Part shown: positions 24,457-36,464 of the stretch, in pieces
How positions within the stretch are numbered: the stretch's first letter is position 1
How the letters are laid out: the number at the start of each line of letters is the position of its first letter
DNA from: Ophelia neglecta
Lineage: Eukaryota
DNA: 64,000 nt
Assembly (NCBI GenBank): GCA_965285935.1
Contig: OZ260663.1
Location: 104,966,001-105,030,000, forward strand
Direction of reading: 5' to 3'
Program-made: the position numbers and the translations under genes
Notes under the pieces: generated by a model
What the model was told of the DNA's origin: nothing
Seen by the model: the letters and a program-made list of their open reading frames with translations, nothing else
Databases searched by the model: none

Positions 24457-27400
24457 TGTTATTTGATAAAAAGAAATAGTTTTACTTCAACTTACACATA
24501 GATGTGAAGTCAACTCTTTTCCATTCAACTAATATTCAATTAATCCTTAATTTCAGATAAATCCCTGAGAGTTATAATATGGAAATTTTTTCTTGCCAAA
24601 CAAATATTGTCACCAGTATTCTAAACGAACGTAACATTCATTCAATCAAAACTGTCTTCCTAACTTCCCACACGAACTGAGAGCAGTAATTAATCCCTTA
24701 ATGCCGTATTTTACTCAGTAGGTGTCGCCGTGAATATCTCTCAAGTATACACTTGTGTTCTTGAACTTTGCTAATCATTTTATGCCAATGAGTCCATATA
24801 TCCATATAAGGGAATATGTCTAAATATCGTAGGTATAAACAGGTTTTGAATCAGTGTCAGCGTTTGTTCTCTCACAGTAAGGCAAATGTCTAGTTTCCAC
24901 TGCCAGGAATGGAACATCTTTACATTTTCATCTATTCTCAAGACATCATGAGAGGGCTTACACCGTCATAGCCTCTCTTTTGACCTATTTCATCGCTGTT
25001 TTACTTTAACCACTGACCACTGTTTTTGGATCTGACTCGCAGGTTGTCAATCGATTAATGATCTGAGAGGCCCGTTAAACACGTATTCCTACTAGGACCG
25101 CCACATACGGTGTGAACCAAGTGATAGCTGATGACTATGTATTGACCGCAAGAACAGAAATAAGCAATTTTCACTCTATTTGCCGATAAAGAAAGGAATT
25201 GGCCATTCTATGACTAAATTTCCATTACCAGACGGCGGAAGCCCTGGAATCGGAATTCCACCAGGTGTTATCATGCGGCAACATGATTCCTGGCAACGCG
25301 AGAGATGTAACTAAACAATTGAACCCATTCATGCCATGGAAAGGCGTTCAAGCAGATTTTCTTGGGAATATATCTATGCATTTCATTTTAAACTAAGCTT
25401 CAAAAATGAGAGGATATTTCGTATATTTAATTGGCGCCGTATTCTATAAAATGTGCGTGCCGTTACCTGTGCTATGCTACCTCGCATGTAACACAGGCTA
25501 GTGTTTGCCGTCACCTCTTCTATGCTACCGCGCGTGTTTCGCAGAAGAGTTAATGCCGTAACCTCTACTCCACTGTGGCGCATGTTTAACACGTTTATTA
25601 ATGCTATAACCTCCACAGAACTGCCGCGTGTGTTACACAGACTCGTGTATGCCGTAACATCTTCTACTCTGCCGCGCGGGTTACACAGATTAGTGAATGC
25701 CGTAACCTTTACAAGACTGCTACGCCTGATTTACAGATAAGTGTATGTCGTAGCCTCTACTACACTGCCGTGCGTGTTACACAGAATAATGTCTGCCGTA
25801 ACTCTGATTACTGTCAACATGACTGTACACTACACGACAACACTGGCGCTCGACCCTGTTTAGGGTTAGGGTTAAGGATGACCACAACCCTAACTCGCCC
25901 GCGGGTGAAACCTAGACGAGTTTATGTCAAACGTCTACTCCATTGCCGTTGTCTGAATATTGTCCAAATGTTATACACACACGTGTATGCCGTATCTTCA
26001 AAAGCAATGCCGTGGTCTGATTGTTTTACTTTAGACAATAAAGGGGCTTTTAGGATGCCATTCTATTGCCTAATATTTTTTATTTACTCCAGAATAATAA
26101 AGAAAAATATCTATGTTCTCCTTAAATTTAAAGAATGGTATGTATATGATTCTTCAAAAGATATATAGACTAACACCAAAGACACGATCCGAGTTATTAA
26201 GAAGAGCAGGAGTTGAGATTGTGACCTGAAGCAGCTTTAAGAAGAAAACGTCCTTTTATAAAGAAATCCTCTACATTTCCTATCGATAATCTACTTTCGG
26301 TCCAAATCATGCGTGTCAAAAAACTTTTTTCCATCCTTAAAAATTCATTGATCTACGGGAAAGCTGAAATTTTCTTTTGTGGTTTACTCCTGGTACCATT
26401 ATGGGAAGGCTTAGGATAAAAACTAGTTACTTCAAAATCCTATCTTTAAACAAGGCCTACATGTTTTATTAGTCAATAAAGGATGGACGCAGTGAATTGA
26501 ATCAATGGCTCCCTTTAAGTCGTGTGTTTGCGTGATAACTAGCAAGTCTTTCCTCAATGATTTTGAGTCCGGTTGTCAAGAGAACAAAGAACTCGCTCAG
26601 AATTTAATAACAACGGCGCTGAGTACAAGAAAGTCAAAAAACAAGTCCCACTGGCCCATAGGCGATAATGTGCTTTGTCTTTGGAATAGGCACGTTGCGG
26701 TTTTATAAACTTTTATAAAAAGACCTAGTATAATGACAAAAGGGAGTGGTTACCCGACTGGCAGGGCAAAATGATCACTTAGGAATTGTTAATTCTTTTG
26801 TTTCCTAGTCTTCAGTAAACGTAAGCTTTATGCCAATACATATCAATAGACAGTTCCCGAATTACACATTCGGATGTTAATAGTAATAAAATTACAAAGT
26901 TGAAGTCACTTACAATCAGGAGTAGTGAACAATTTTCAAAGATGCTAAACGCTAATGGTTGTCATGGTAACCTTTGTGTCACGCTGATTGTGCAGAGATT
27001 GACACTGATGGAGCCGGCAAGCATCTGACACGAGTCTCCTCTGATCGGTAATCACGTTGATCTGAGTGTCACAATTAATTTGCCGTCAAGTCGTTATTGG
27101 CATTGACATTGGCCATTTCCTACAACCTAGTGTGGGTCATTATTTCAAGCATCTCCACGACATTGGCTTTTCATACCAGAATTATTCTCTTCATTGGATG
27201 CAGTGCTCTGTCAATGGGTCTAGGATCAAATCTCCATGGCAACCCTCATGGGGCTCGGCTTGATGGTCACTAAGATGAAGCAGATCAATGACACAGATGA
27301 GTCGTAAAATCCTTGTCAATATGAATATATGGCATGAAGATAGAAAACTAGTTTGTTGAGAAAACACACAGCATTAGGATGGAATGATTAAAAAGCCTAA

Positions 27401-28609
27401 CACGTGTAGGAATACCCTCCAATGACCAATAACAATGCCTTATCTATTAGCGACAGATGAATCATTATTTCTACATATATATATATAGCATTTAACAATC
27501 ATATTTACTTCAGGGAAGAGAGTTCCAACTATTCTACAAATATAAACCTTTGTTTTACGTGGGTGTTCATTTTTAATATTTTAGCAAAGATGTTTATTGA
27601 AGTTGATTGTGCAAAATACCGAAAACGGGTTTTAGATACCGGGTCAGCATTTGTCTCGACCTTCAAAAAGATATAACCCATTAGAAATGTTGATCATTTC
27701 AGAAAGTAAATGTGGTATATTGTATAATGGCATGGAAATCATTTGAAATCTTGAATAAGAGCACAATGTACAGATCGATAAAGTACAATATATATATCGG
27801 GAATGGTTGGGAATAATTATACTACACCTGAAGAAATATCGCAATAAACAAGACAGTTTAGAGAATTTAGTAGATTATGAAAACCTATAAAAACGCATTA
27901 GGACAGAACAAAGCAACATTCCCGTGGAATTAACATCAACTTGTTTTGAATAGTTTTATCCATAAATTATTTCAAAAAAGGCGCTTTGGCATTGCAAATT
28001 AGTCGGGATTAACAAAAGCATAGAATTAATATAATATTCAACAAGTGAAATAGGAATGAGAATGTATCGCCTATTGCTAGCCAAAAAAAGTACAGCCAGG
28101 TTTCATCTTTGTAAATTCGACATGCCCGTGGGCAGATTAGACATCATGGAGGCGTTCTATGTCCGCTCTTGACAGTTGTTATATACTACTAACAATCGAT
28201 CAAGCTGTGTCATATGGCGTCGTTACAGTATATTGATACTTGGGCTATCGTCTCTCAAAAGCAGTTTTTACTTGGATGCATATTATAACGAGTTATAACG
28301 AGATTTTGACTTTTTAAAAATGATGTTATATCCAACCAAACCAAACCGTAGCTACGTTATGCCTTGTTTTTCCAAATGTAGTTATACGGGTAGAAAAAAT
28401 GTGACATGTATGATATTGATAGAGACTATAAATTTACTCTGGCGGGAATTTTCAACCCAGATAGGGCTTTTGGAGAATAATGTCAAGAAAATAGTGCACC
28501 TGCATGATGCCAGAAAAGCACAAAAAACAGATTTGATAGAAGAACCTAGTTGAACTAAACCGCAATAGTACATATATTGTTTCTTACCAGAATGTAAATT
28601 TCATTGCAG

Positions 28610-28888
28610 CAATTCCAGAGTACTGCCAATTAGAGAAATTCGAAGCGACCTGCAGTCAGAATCAAGTTATCGTCATGGAGATGGCACGTTACGGACGCAT
28701 GCGCCTTGGTCGGTGTGTACGACGGAGTTACGGATATTTAGGGTGTGCGGCTGATGTTTTGGCATATGTTGACAGGCGTTGCAGCGGGCGGCAGAAGTGT
28801 GAATTCCACGTGGCTGACCTTCATGGCAGTCAACCGTGCCCAAATGACTTGACCCCCTTCCTCGAGGCTCAATACACATGTCTGGATG
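28610..28888 (+). CDS. Duplicated exon 2 (SUEL lectin), copy 2 (no exon 1 of its own)
   Basis: Identical to 17488-17766 including splice sites; expression unknown. Confidence 0.7.
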
Positions 28889-29204
28889 GTAATTGTATTT
28901 AAGTATTAATGGTCTAACTACGAAGCAGATAAATTACAGGATAATGCTTGGTCAATGACAGGACTCCGGTCAAACCATCAAAATTCAACTTTTTGTATGT
29001 AAAGTCCACATGTTGGGTTTCTAAGTTTTCATGTCATAAGTACTATTGTTTGAAGTATCAGCATAATCTTATTTAGTGATCGTTTTGCCTAGTGTTATAC
29101 AAACATGTATTTATTTCTATGTATTTATAGCAACACATTATGGAATAAAATTGTATTTAAGTAGCAATTTAGATATGAACTTGTATGTAAAATTTTCATT
29201 TCAG

Positions 29205-29603
29205 TCACCAAGAAGTCGCCACAGGTGTGTAGTGCTTCGTCGCCGATAGTGATTAACGCACCAAGTGGTTTTCTGGCAAACTCACTTACAATGGAAACTG
29301 GACAGGGTTCGCCCACATGTCCCTGGAAGCTAAAAGTCCTTCCGGGTCAAAGGTTAAACATTACCCTTGTAAACTTTGCTCGTGTGGCCCTTCAGAACCA
29401 GGCATTGGACCAGAGTGGAAGTATGAAAACAAAGATTTGTTTCCAATACGCCATCCTGAAGGAGGTGGATTACATGCGCACCGTTACGGAGTGTGAAGGC
29501 GGCGCGCGCACATCGCACACATACCTATCTACGTCTAACGAGGTAGAGATACAAATACTCACCAAAAGCTTACACCAGATTTACTTTCTGCTTAGTTACC
29601 AAG
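29205..29603 (+). CDS. Duplicated exon 3 (CUB-like), copy 2
   Basis: Identical to 18083-18481. Confidence 0.7.
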
Positions 29604-29982
29604 GTAATTGACAATTACGCTATGAAATTCTTTTTCACAAGGTATCGGCTTACAATTACAGTGAAACCTGCCTTAAAGACCACCTCTGTAATCAGACCAC
29701 CTGTCTATTCAGACCAGCAGTATGAAGACGTTGCTGTAAACTTTCAATGTTAAAGAACCTGGCTAAACAGACCAACTCCAAAATCAGACCAGTCCCATTG
29801 GTGGTCTGAATTAACAGGTTTCACTGTATATTGTTTTCATTGAACAGAGTAACCGCATTGCCGATTTTATTCGAAAGTCTTGAAATTGCTTGAATATTTT
29901 AAACAAATAATAATATCTTGCCACATTCTCTACAGATAGTCGACATGATACTTATAATTATAAGAATTTGTTTTGCTCACAG

Positions 29983-30138
29983 CTGTTGGATGTCCCAATC
30001 CGACACTTCCCGGTGATCTGTGGTACAAACGTACTGGAGAAACAGCCTTGGTCACGTGCAATGTGACGTCTCAGACATGGCGGATAATTTGCACTGAGGG
30101 TGAATGGTTCGGGGAGGTTGGAAACTGCACCAACGTTT
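29983..30138 (+). CDS. Duplicated exon 4 (CCP/sushi-like), copy 2
   Basis: Identical to 18861-19016. Confidence 0.68.
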
Positions 30139-33100
30139 GTGAGTGATTCAAATTTTGTCTTAAAACATATCTGTTTTATGAGTCTTTCACCTGTCTTTGG
30201 TGATCAAATTCTGGTAGTGACAATTCGCGCCTGACGAATTGAAGGATATTTCTTACATTTAGACAAGAGTTAAAAATCGTCCTGGTCATTCAGGGTATTA
30301 TCCTATCACAGGGGTTTTGTATGGTAGAACTCTTGACTGAAATAACGCATTAAAGGGCTGCTCGTCAAGTGACGTCTCCATGCCAATCGCCTTACCTCAG
30401 TGGTAAATGGTACAGGTGGACTTAACGTAGTGACAAAATGTATAAACTGATATTACACCAAGGCAAACGGCAACGATAGCGATAGTTGGTAAATCCTGTA
30501 TACTATACAGAATTAACTTGAGGTTTCATGGCGGAGGCTGTAACAACAATATGTGCCTTATTTGTACAAACTTTTTGTCACCGCTATTGTGAAAAACTAA
30601 CATTCTGGCAAATAGATTGATGTAGCCTGGTTTCGCTGACGACAACATAGCAGCTGTTATAGGGACTGTTACTTTTAATTTCCCGGGGTTAATAGCTTTC
30701 ATTCGAATTTTCTGTGCAAGATAATTTGATATATCGTCATATTGCGAACTATTTTGTTTTGAGTATAAAGATCGGTGTTGCCTGGCTAATTTTATATAGG
30801 TTTGTACTCGGATGTGTGTGATTAGTTTGTGGTGTAATACATTTTCTGTGTGTGTGTGGGTTAGTCAAGTCGGATCTCACCTCTTTTGTGAAGCAAATGC
30901 AGGCAGATCTTCGTCTCAACACAGGGCGACGTGAATGTGCCAATGCTTTTTGCTTTAAGAAAGTCCTAAAACGCCATCGCTTCGGGGTCTTGTCGGGTTC
31001 ATGTCATAAGTAAACTGCCCGTCCCCGTCCTCTCAGGTCAATATACTATGAGTGAGTGCACACCACGGCAAGAAATTGGATACCACTGAACTAATTAATT
31101 GCATTAGAAAAACTCCCCCTCCGTGTGGACTATTGTCTCGTATGTGGCTGGTTCCGATATGAAACGAAAAGATTGCCATTAAACGTGGTGCGATCAATAT
31201 TTCAGTTCTATGTAAATGTAGAAAACCGTTCTAATTAGAGCATGAAAGACACTAAACACATTGAATTAGCTCAGTAAACATAATAATCTTGTATGATCAG
31301 CTTTTTAAACACACTTGGGGCGGTATAACAGTTTCGAAAGTCGGAGGGTAAAGAATGCCAGGTGACACATCAAACAATTAACCGCTCGTTTTTTTTCACG
31401 CGGTATACTATGATCAACCTTGCCTGCATCTACATCGTCTAGGGACACTATATAACACTCAGATATTTCTTCAATTTCGGCGAGATTGTATTTAAATGAA
31501 GGCAATGTTTTATGATTCATTTCTATTTGGAGATTTCAGAAGAGTTTAACATTTGTCATATTGGTAACAGATAGGGATGCCGCATACACTTAGAGTGAAT
31601 CCTCCGTGTCCTCCAAATAATTGGTGACCACATAAAACAAAGCCATGTACTAGCTAACGCCTTACTGTGATCATTTAGTTTCTTATATCCCGTAGCGTGG
31701 TTGCCATTAGTTACAAATGAATATTGGTATTCGGTGGGGGGGGGGGGTACTCTAGCAGACGAGATTTTATACCCATCGATCCTTAAGTTAAATCCAGGCT
31801 AACTTATTGCACCGAGAGTGTAATAATGTAATGTGAGTCAATATATTTGTCAGGGAGCAAGCCACTGAGTCAGGTAGAAGATCAAACAGACGACGGCGTC
31901 GCCGATATCCGTTGGTAATGACATCGTATTGAATTAAAGCTGTATCAACTGCCTGAATAGGCTGTGTTCATACTCAAAGTTCAAACCTTCACACACATTG
32001 ACAAAACGCCATTTTCACTCATTGCGCGCTGTAATAGTGCAATAATACTTTTTTCTTAATGTACAGCTTCGAATTTTCCACCATAGACTGAAGAATTTAG
32101 TAATTTGTTACTCTAACAGAAGCTGCCAGTAACATCGGTTATTAACTTGTTACGAATACGGACTGGGGTGTTTAGTAATTTGTTATGCTAACAGACTCAC
32201 GCGGTTAATAACTCTTTTGGAATACAAACTGAAACGTTTAGTAACTCGTTAACGATCACAGACTGAAGTGGTTAGTAACTCGTTGCCATTACAGACTGAC
32301 ACTGTTAGTGACACTGTTGGTAACTCGTTGCCATTACAGACTGACACTGTTAGTGACACTGTTAGTAACTCGTTGCCATTACAGACTGACACTGTTAGTG
32401 ACACTGTTAGTAACTCGTTGCCATTACAGACTGACACTGTTAGTGACACTGTTAGTAACTCGTTGCCATTACAGACTGACACTGTTAGTTACTCGTTAGG
32501 ATTTCAAATTAGAACGAGTTAGTAACTCATCACGATCACAGACTGAAGAGGTTAGTAACTCATTTCCATAAGAGAATAATGCGGGTAGTAACTCGTTCGC
32601 ATTTCAAGCTGACCACCAAAGCGTGTCCGAGTGCTTAGGTCGTCCGCCTCGCAAGTGGCGCAAGTGGTCAACCCGGTGTCAGTATAATGTGACTGGGTGG
32701 GGTTCCCTGTCTGGTGTCTACGGCAGGTACTCCAGTGAGGCAGCACTCTAAAGAGGGCATTGGGCCCACTGTCACAAGTAGGCACCGTGGCGATATGACC
32801 AGATAAGTGTTGAAAGCCACGTAAAACCCACACAACTTGGCACCACCTTGGTGGCGGTAAATAACTCGGTATCATTACAGACTAATTCGGTTAGTAACTC
32901 GTTAGGATTACACATCTGAAACGGCTACCGGTAGTTACTCGTTACAAACACAGACCGAAGCAGTTACCAACTGGTTACGATCACGCGGTTAGTAACTCAT
33001 CACAGACTGAAGTGGTTTAAAACCCGTTATTAGATGACGTGATTCATTAACCTGGTTTTGTGTTAATTTGAGTTAATTAACTAGGCTGCCACACACTACA

Positions 33101-34055
33101 TTTCTTGCGAATACATTCACTGTGTCGCAGAATGTCTTTCGTACGTCTTTGATGCATTAACTGTTTGGGCCAATTTCGCCCTGTCAGCCTCTGACAGCGA
33201 CAAATAGGAAGTGGTGAGTGGGACGATAGGGTGATTACAGGGATTGCTTTAAAAATAAAGCCGTGGTTGACTCTGTCACCATACCCATGCCAGTTAATTG
33301 TCAGTTTTCTCAGCCTATACCTACAGCGTTTAACACCATGTGCCGCGGCGCGTAATGAGTAAAGCCATTTGTATTCTCATCTTGAATGGTATCAAGTAAT
33401 GACAAGATGTACCGCCGTGCTTATTAGCCTTATGATAAAATAGTGCGAACTTGGACAATTGATTCAGAAGTATAGTGCAAACAGGCAGGCCCCTGAATTT
33501 AAATTTCTAAATTAACAGAGAACATATATGCCAGTTCGTTCTAGGACAATTCTTTCATTGAAAAGAAATATTTTAAAACCTGATTTGTGTAATTGTTAAA
33601 TAAAAAGAGTTCAAAAGAAATTTGATATTTCGTTTTTGGGACTCGGTTCGCATGAATTGACGTATAATGATACCACACCAAATAATATACTTTACCATAG
33701 CTTCACATGTCGTCTATTGCCAAGGTTGGAATGCTAAGATAATTGCCATATACAAACTAATATGCTTTATCGCCGTGTGCCTCATTTTAACAAGTCGCTG
33801 CCTAATTGTTTAGTCTATGATACCGTGAACTGTGCTACGGAAACGTTAATGTTTACCGCTGCACCATTTTTCTCCAGTTGAGACATATATTTGTCAATTT
33901 CAGTTGCCCTTAACGCCAGGAATGTATGCCCCCTAACATTTGCCTAGCATTTTGTCCTTTTATCATATTGCTTGAAATCTTGAAATGGGAACCGGCAATT
34001 GTTATGTCTGAAACAGTTAAACTAGTACTTACATTAAGAAGTGTTTGTTTTTCAG

Positions 34056-34109
34056 CAACAAAGTCTTGGAAGATGGGCCAGCTGTTTGAAGGCAACTCTT
34101 TTCCATACA
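34056..34109 (+). CDS. Duplicated exon 5 (linker), copy 2
   Basis: Identical to 22935-22988. Confidence 0.6.
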
Positions 34110-34673
34110 GTAAGTACGTGCCAGATATGCAGTAAGTACGCGCCAAGTATAATGTAAGTTCGAGTCAAGAACACAGAAAGTACGCGTCAAGTATTACTAA
34201 GTACGTGCCAAGTATGCAGTAAGTACGTGCAAAGTATAGAGTAAGTACGGGCCAAGTATGCAGAAAGTTCGCACGAAGAATGCAGTAAATACACGCCAAG
34301 CATGCAGTTAATACGCACCATGTATGCGGTAAGTACGCCCCAAGTATGCAGTAAGTACGCCCCAAGTATGCAGTTAGTACGCCCCAAGTATGCAATAAGT
34401 ACGCGCCAAGTAATTTTTTGGATTATTCCTAAATTCACAAGTTTTTAACTCGCGTGAATGATCTGAAAATCCATCTAAAAAGCATTGTCATTGTGTTTGC
34501 GGCATACATATACATAAAATAACAGTTGGTGACTCTATTCATAGCAAAATATCATTTTGGATTTTGCTGGTTCTTCTCCACAGCCAATTTGTTAGTTTGT
34601 CCAAAGACTCCGTTTACTATGTGACGATACTTATCTATAAGCTTTCAAAAAAAAGAACATGTTATGCTTGCAG

Positions 34674-34761
34674 GTATCCTTATTGTCGTAGCAATTGGCG
34701 TGGCCCTTGGAGTGTTTCTTGGCGGCCTTCTGCTCGTGTGTGCGTCACGATACTTCAGAAA
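34674..34761 (+). CDS. Duplicated exon 6 (TM), copy 2
   Basis: Identical to 23553-23640. Confidence 0.68.
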
Positions 34762-35051
34762 GTAAGCTAATATACATCTTCAAATAGCATAAATTCATTT
34801 GACACCTGAACGCTGTGAACCAGTTCTGAGGAATGTGCATATATTGTGCTATTTGTTACATTATGGGTAAATTTCGAAAAATTCCACCGTATATGACAGC
34901 GAAATAAGAACATGGAAAAAATTAAACAATGCCTCTTTGTTCAGTTCAGATATGAGATATTAGTCATTTTAAATTTCTATAATGGAATAGGCAATTTGGG
35001 GTTAAATATTCCTTGTAGTAAGCGAATTATAAATTTGTTTCATCACTGCAG

Positions 35052-35373
35052 GAAGCGTCGTAGCCAGCATCGTGCAGGGAGCTACCCTCAAGATATCTAC
35101 ATACCGGAACAAAGTAAAATGATGATGACAAACTATGACGAAACACTTCAAAGGAAACACGTGACCAGCGCTTGTGATTATCCTAAAACTACGGAATTTC
35201 AAGGTCAAGGTCAGACAACATTAGACCAATCCGGAGGGGTGGACGATTGCAGGTGTCCTTATAGCGCATACGCTAGTCTTCCACCCCCCGGATACCCAAG
35301 ATGTGCAAATGGACCTTCCCAACTCTCGGCTCACGCTCTCGGCTCTCGATATGATCGGAAAGACAGTGTATGA
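35052..35373 (+). CDS. Duplicated exon 7 (cytoplasmic tail), copy 2
   Basis: Identical to 23931-24252. Confidence 0.68.
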
Positions 35374-36227
35374 CCAGCACAGGTCCAGAGACGTATAAAA
35401 ATAACCATGTCGCTTTCCGAAACAAGTGTATACATTTGTGAAAAATAGTCTGTTGGTTGTATTAGGACCCGTGGCCAAAAGAAAACGATCAAACATTAAA
35501 GAAACATTCAACAAGGATGTTTTATAAAGTGAAATCAAGATTATTTTGTTCAAAAATGTAATATATTTGCTAATAAATGTTATTTGATAAAAAGAAATAG
35601 TTTTACTTCAACTTACACATAGATGTGAAGTCAACTCTTTTCCATTCAACTAATATTCAATTAATCCTTAATTTCAGATAAATCCCTGAGAGTTATAATA
35701 TGGAAATTTTTTCTTGCCAAACAAATATTGTCACCAGTATTCTAAACGAACGTAACATTCATTCAATCAAAACTGTCTTCCTAACTTCCCACACGAACTG
35801 AGAGCAGTAATTAATCCCTTAATGCCGTATTTCACTCAGTAGGTGTCGCCGTGAATATCTCTCAAGTATACACTTGTGTTCTTGAACTTTGCTAATCATT
35901 TTATGCCAATGAGTCCATATATCCATATAAGGGAATATGTCTAAATATCGTAGGTATAAACAGGTTTTGAATCAGTGTCAGCGTTTGTTCTCTCACAGTA
36001 AGGCAAATGTCTAGTTTCCACTGCCAGGAATGGAACATCTTTACATTTTCATCTATTCTCAAGACATCATGAGAGGGCTTACACCGTCATAGCCTCTCTT
36101 TTGACCTATTTCATCGCTGTTTTACTTTAACCACTGACTCGTTTGTTTTTGGATCTGACTCGCATCATGGAACAATGTTAAGCTGTACTCAATGTTTACC
36201 ACCAGGGAACTGGGGTTCGATATCCTG

Positions 36228-36464
36228 GGTCCAGTTTCTAGAAGTGGTATTAAGTTTAGGTATTAGATTAGCTTATTACCGGTTAGCCGAGACCACACTA
36301 ATCAGTGTTTCCATTGACCAGGAGTAAGTTTAAGACCGAAATAGCTAGGTTTAATACCAAATCCAGCTTCCAGAAACCCTGATTAGCAATTTAAGACAGA
36401 TTAAGCACTTAAATCCTGGGTTTAATCCTAATTAAGAGTTAATACCGCTTCCAGAAACCGGGCC
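36228..36464. mobile_element. PIF/Harbinger-like MITE, same family, opposite orientation
   Basis: TIR GGTCCAGTTTCTAGAAG...CTTCCAGAAACCGGGCC with TSD CTG. Internal TGTTTCCATTGACCA is the reverse complement of TGGTCAATGGAAACA in the 13.5-kb copy. Confidence 0.8.

Larger units (their letters stand above)
13919..25041 (+). repeat. 11.1-kb tandem segmental duplication, unit 1
   Basis: Sequence and every ORF recur at offset 11121-11122; begins CA|GGTTGTCAATCGATT, ends GGATCTGACTCG|CA. Confidence 0.97.
25040..36164 (+). repeat. 11.1-kb tandem segmental duplication, unit 2
   Basis: About 13 differences from unit 1 found by eye (e.g. 14496/25617 T/A, indel near 15217/26339, G13 vs G12 run at 20614/31736); 2-bp CA microhomology at the junction. 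Confidence 0.97.
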
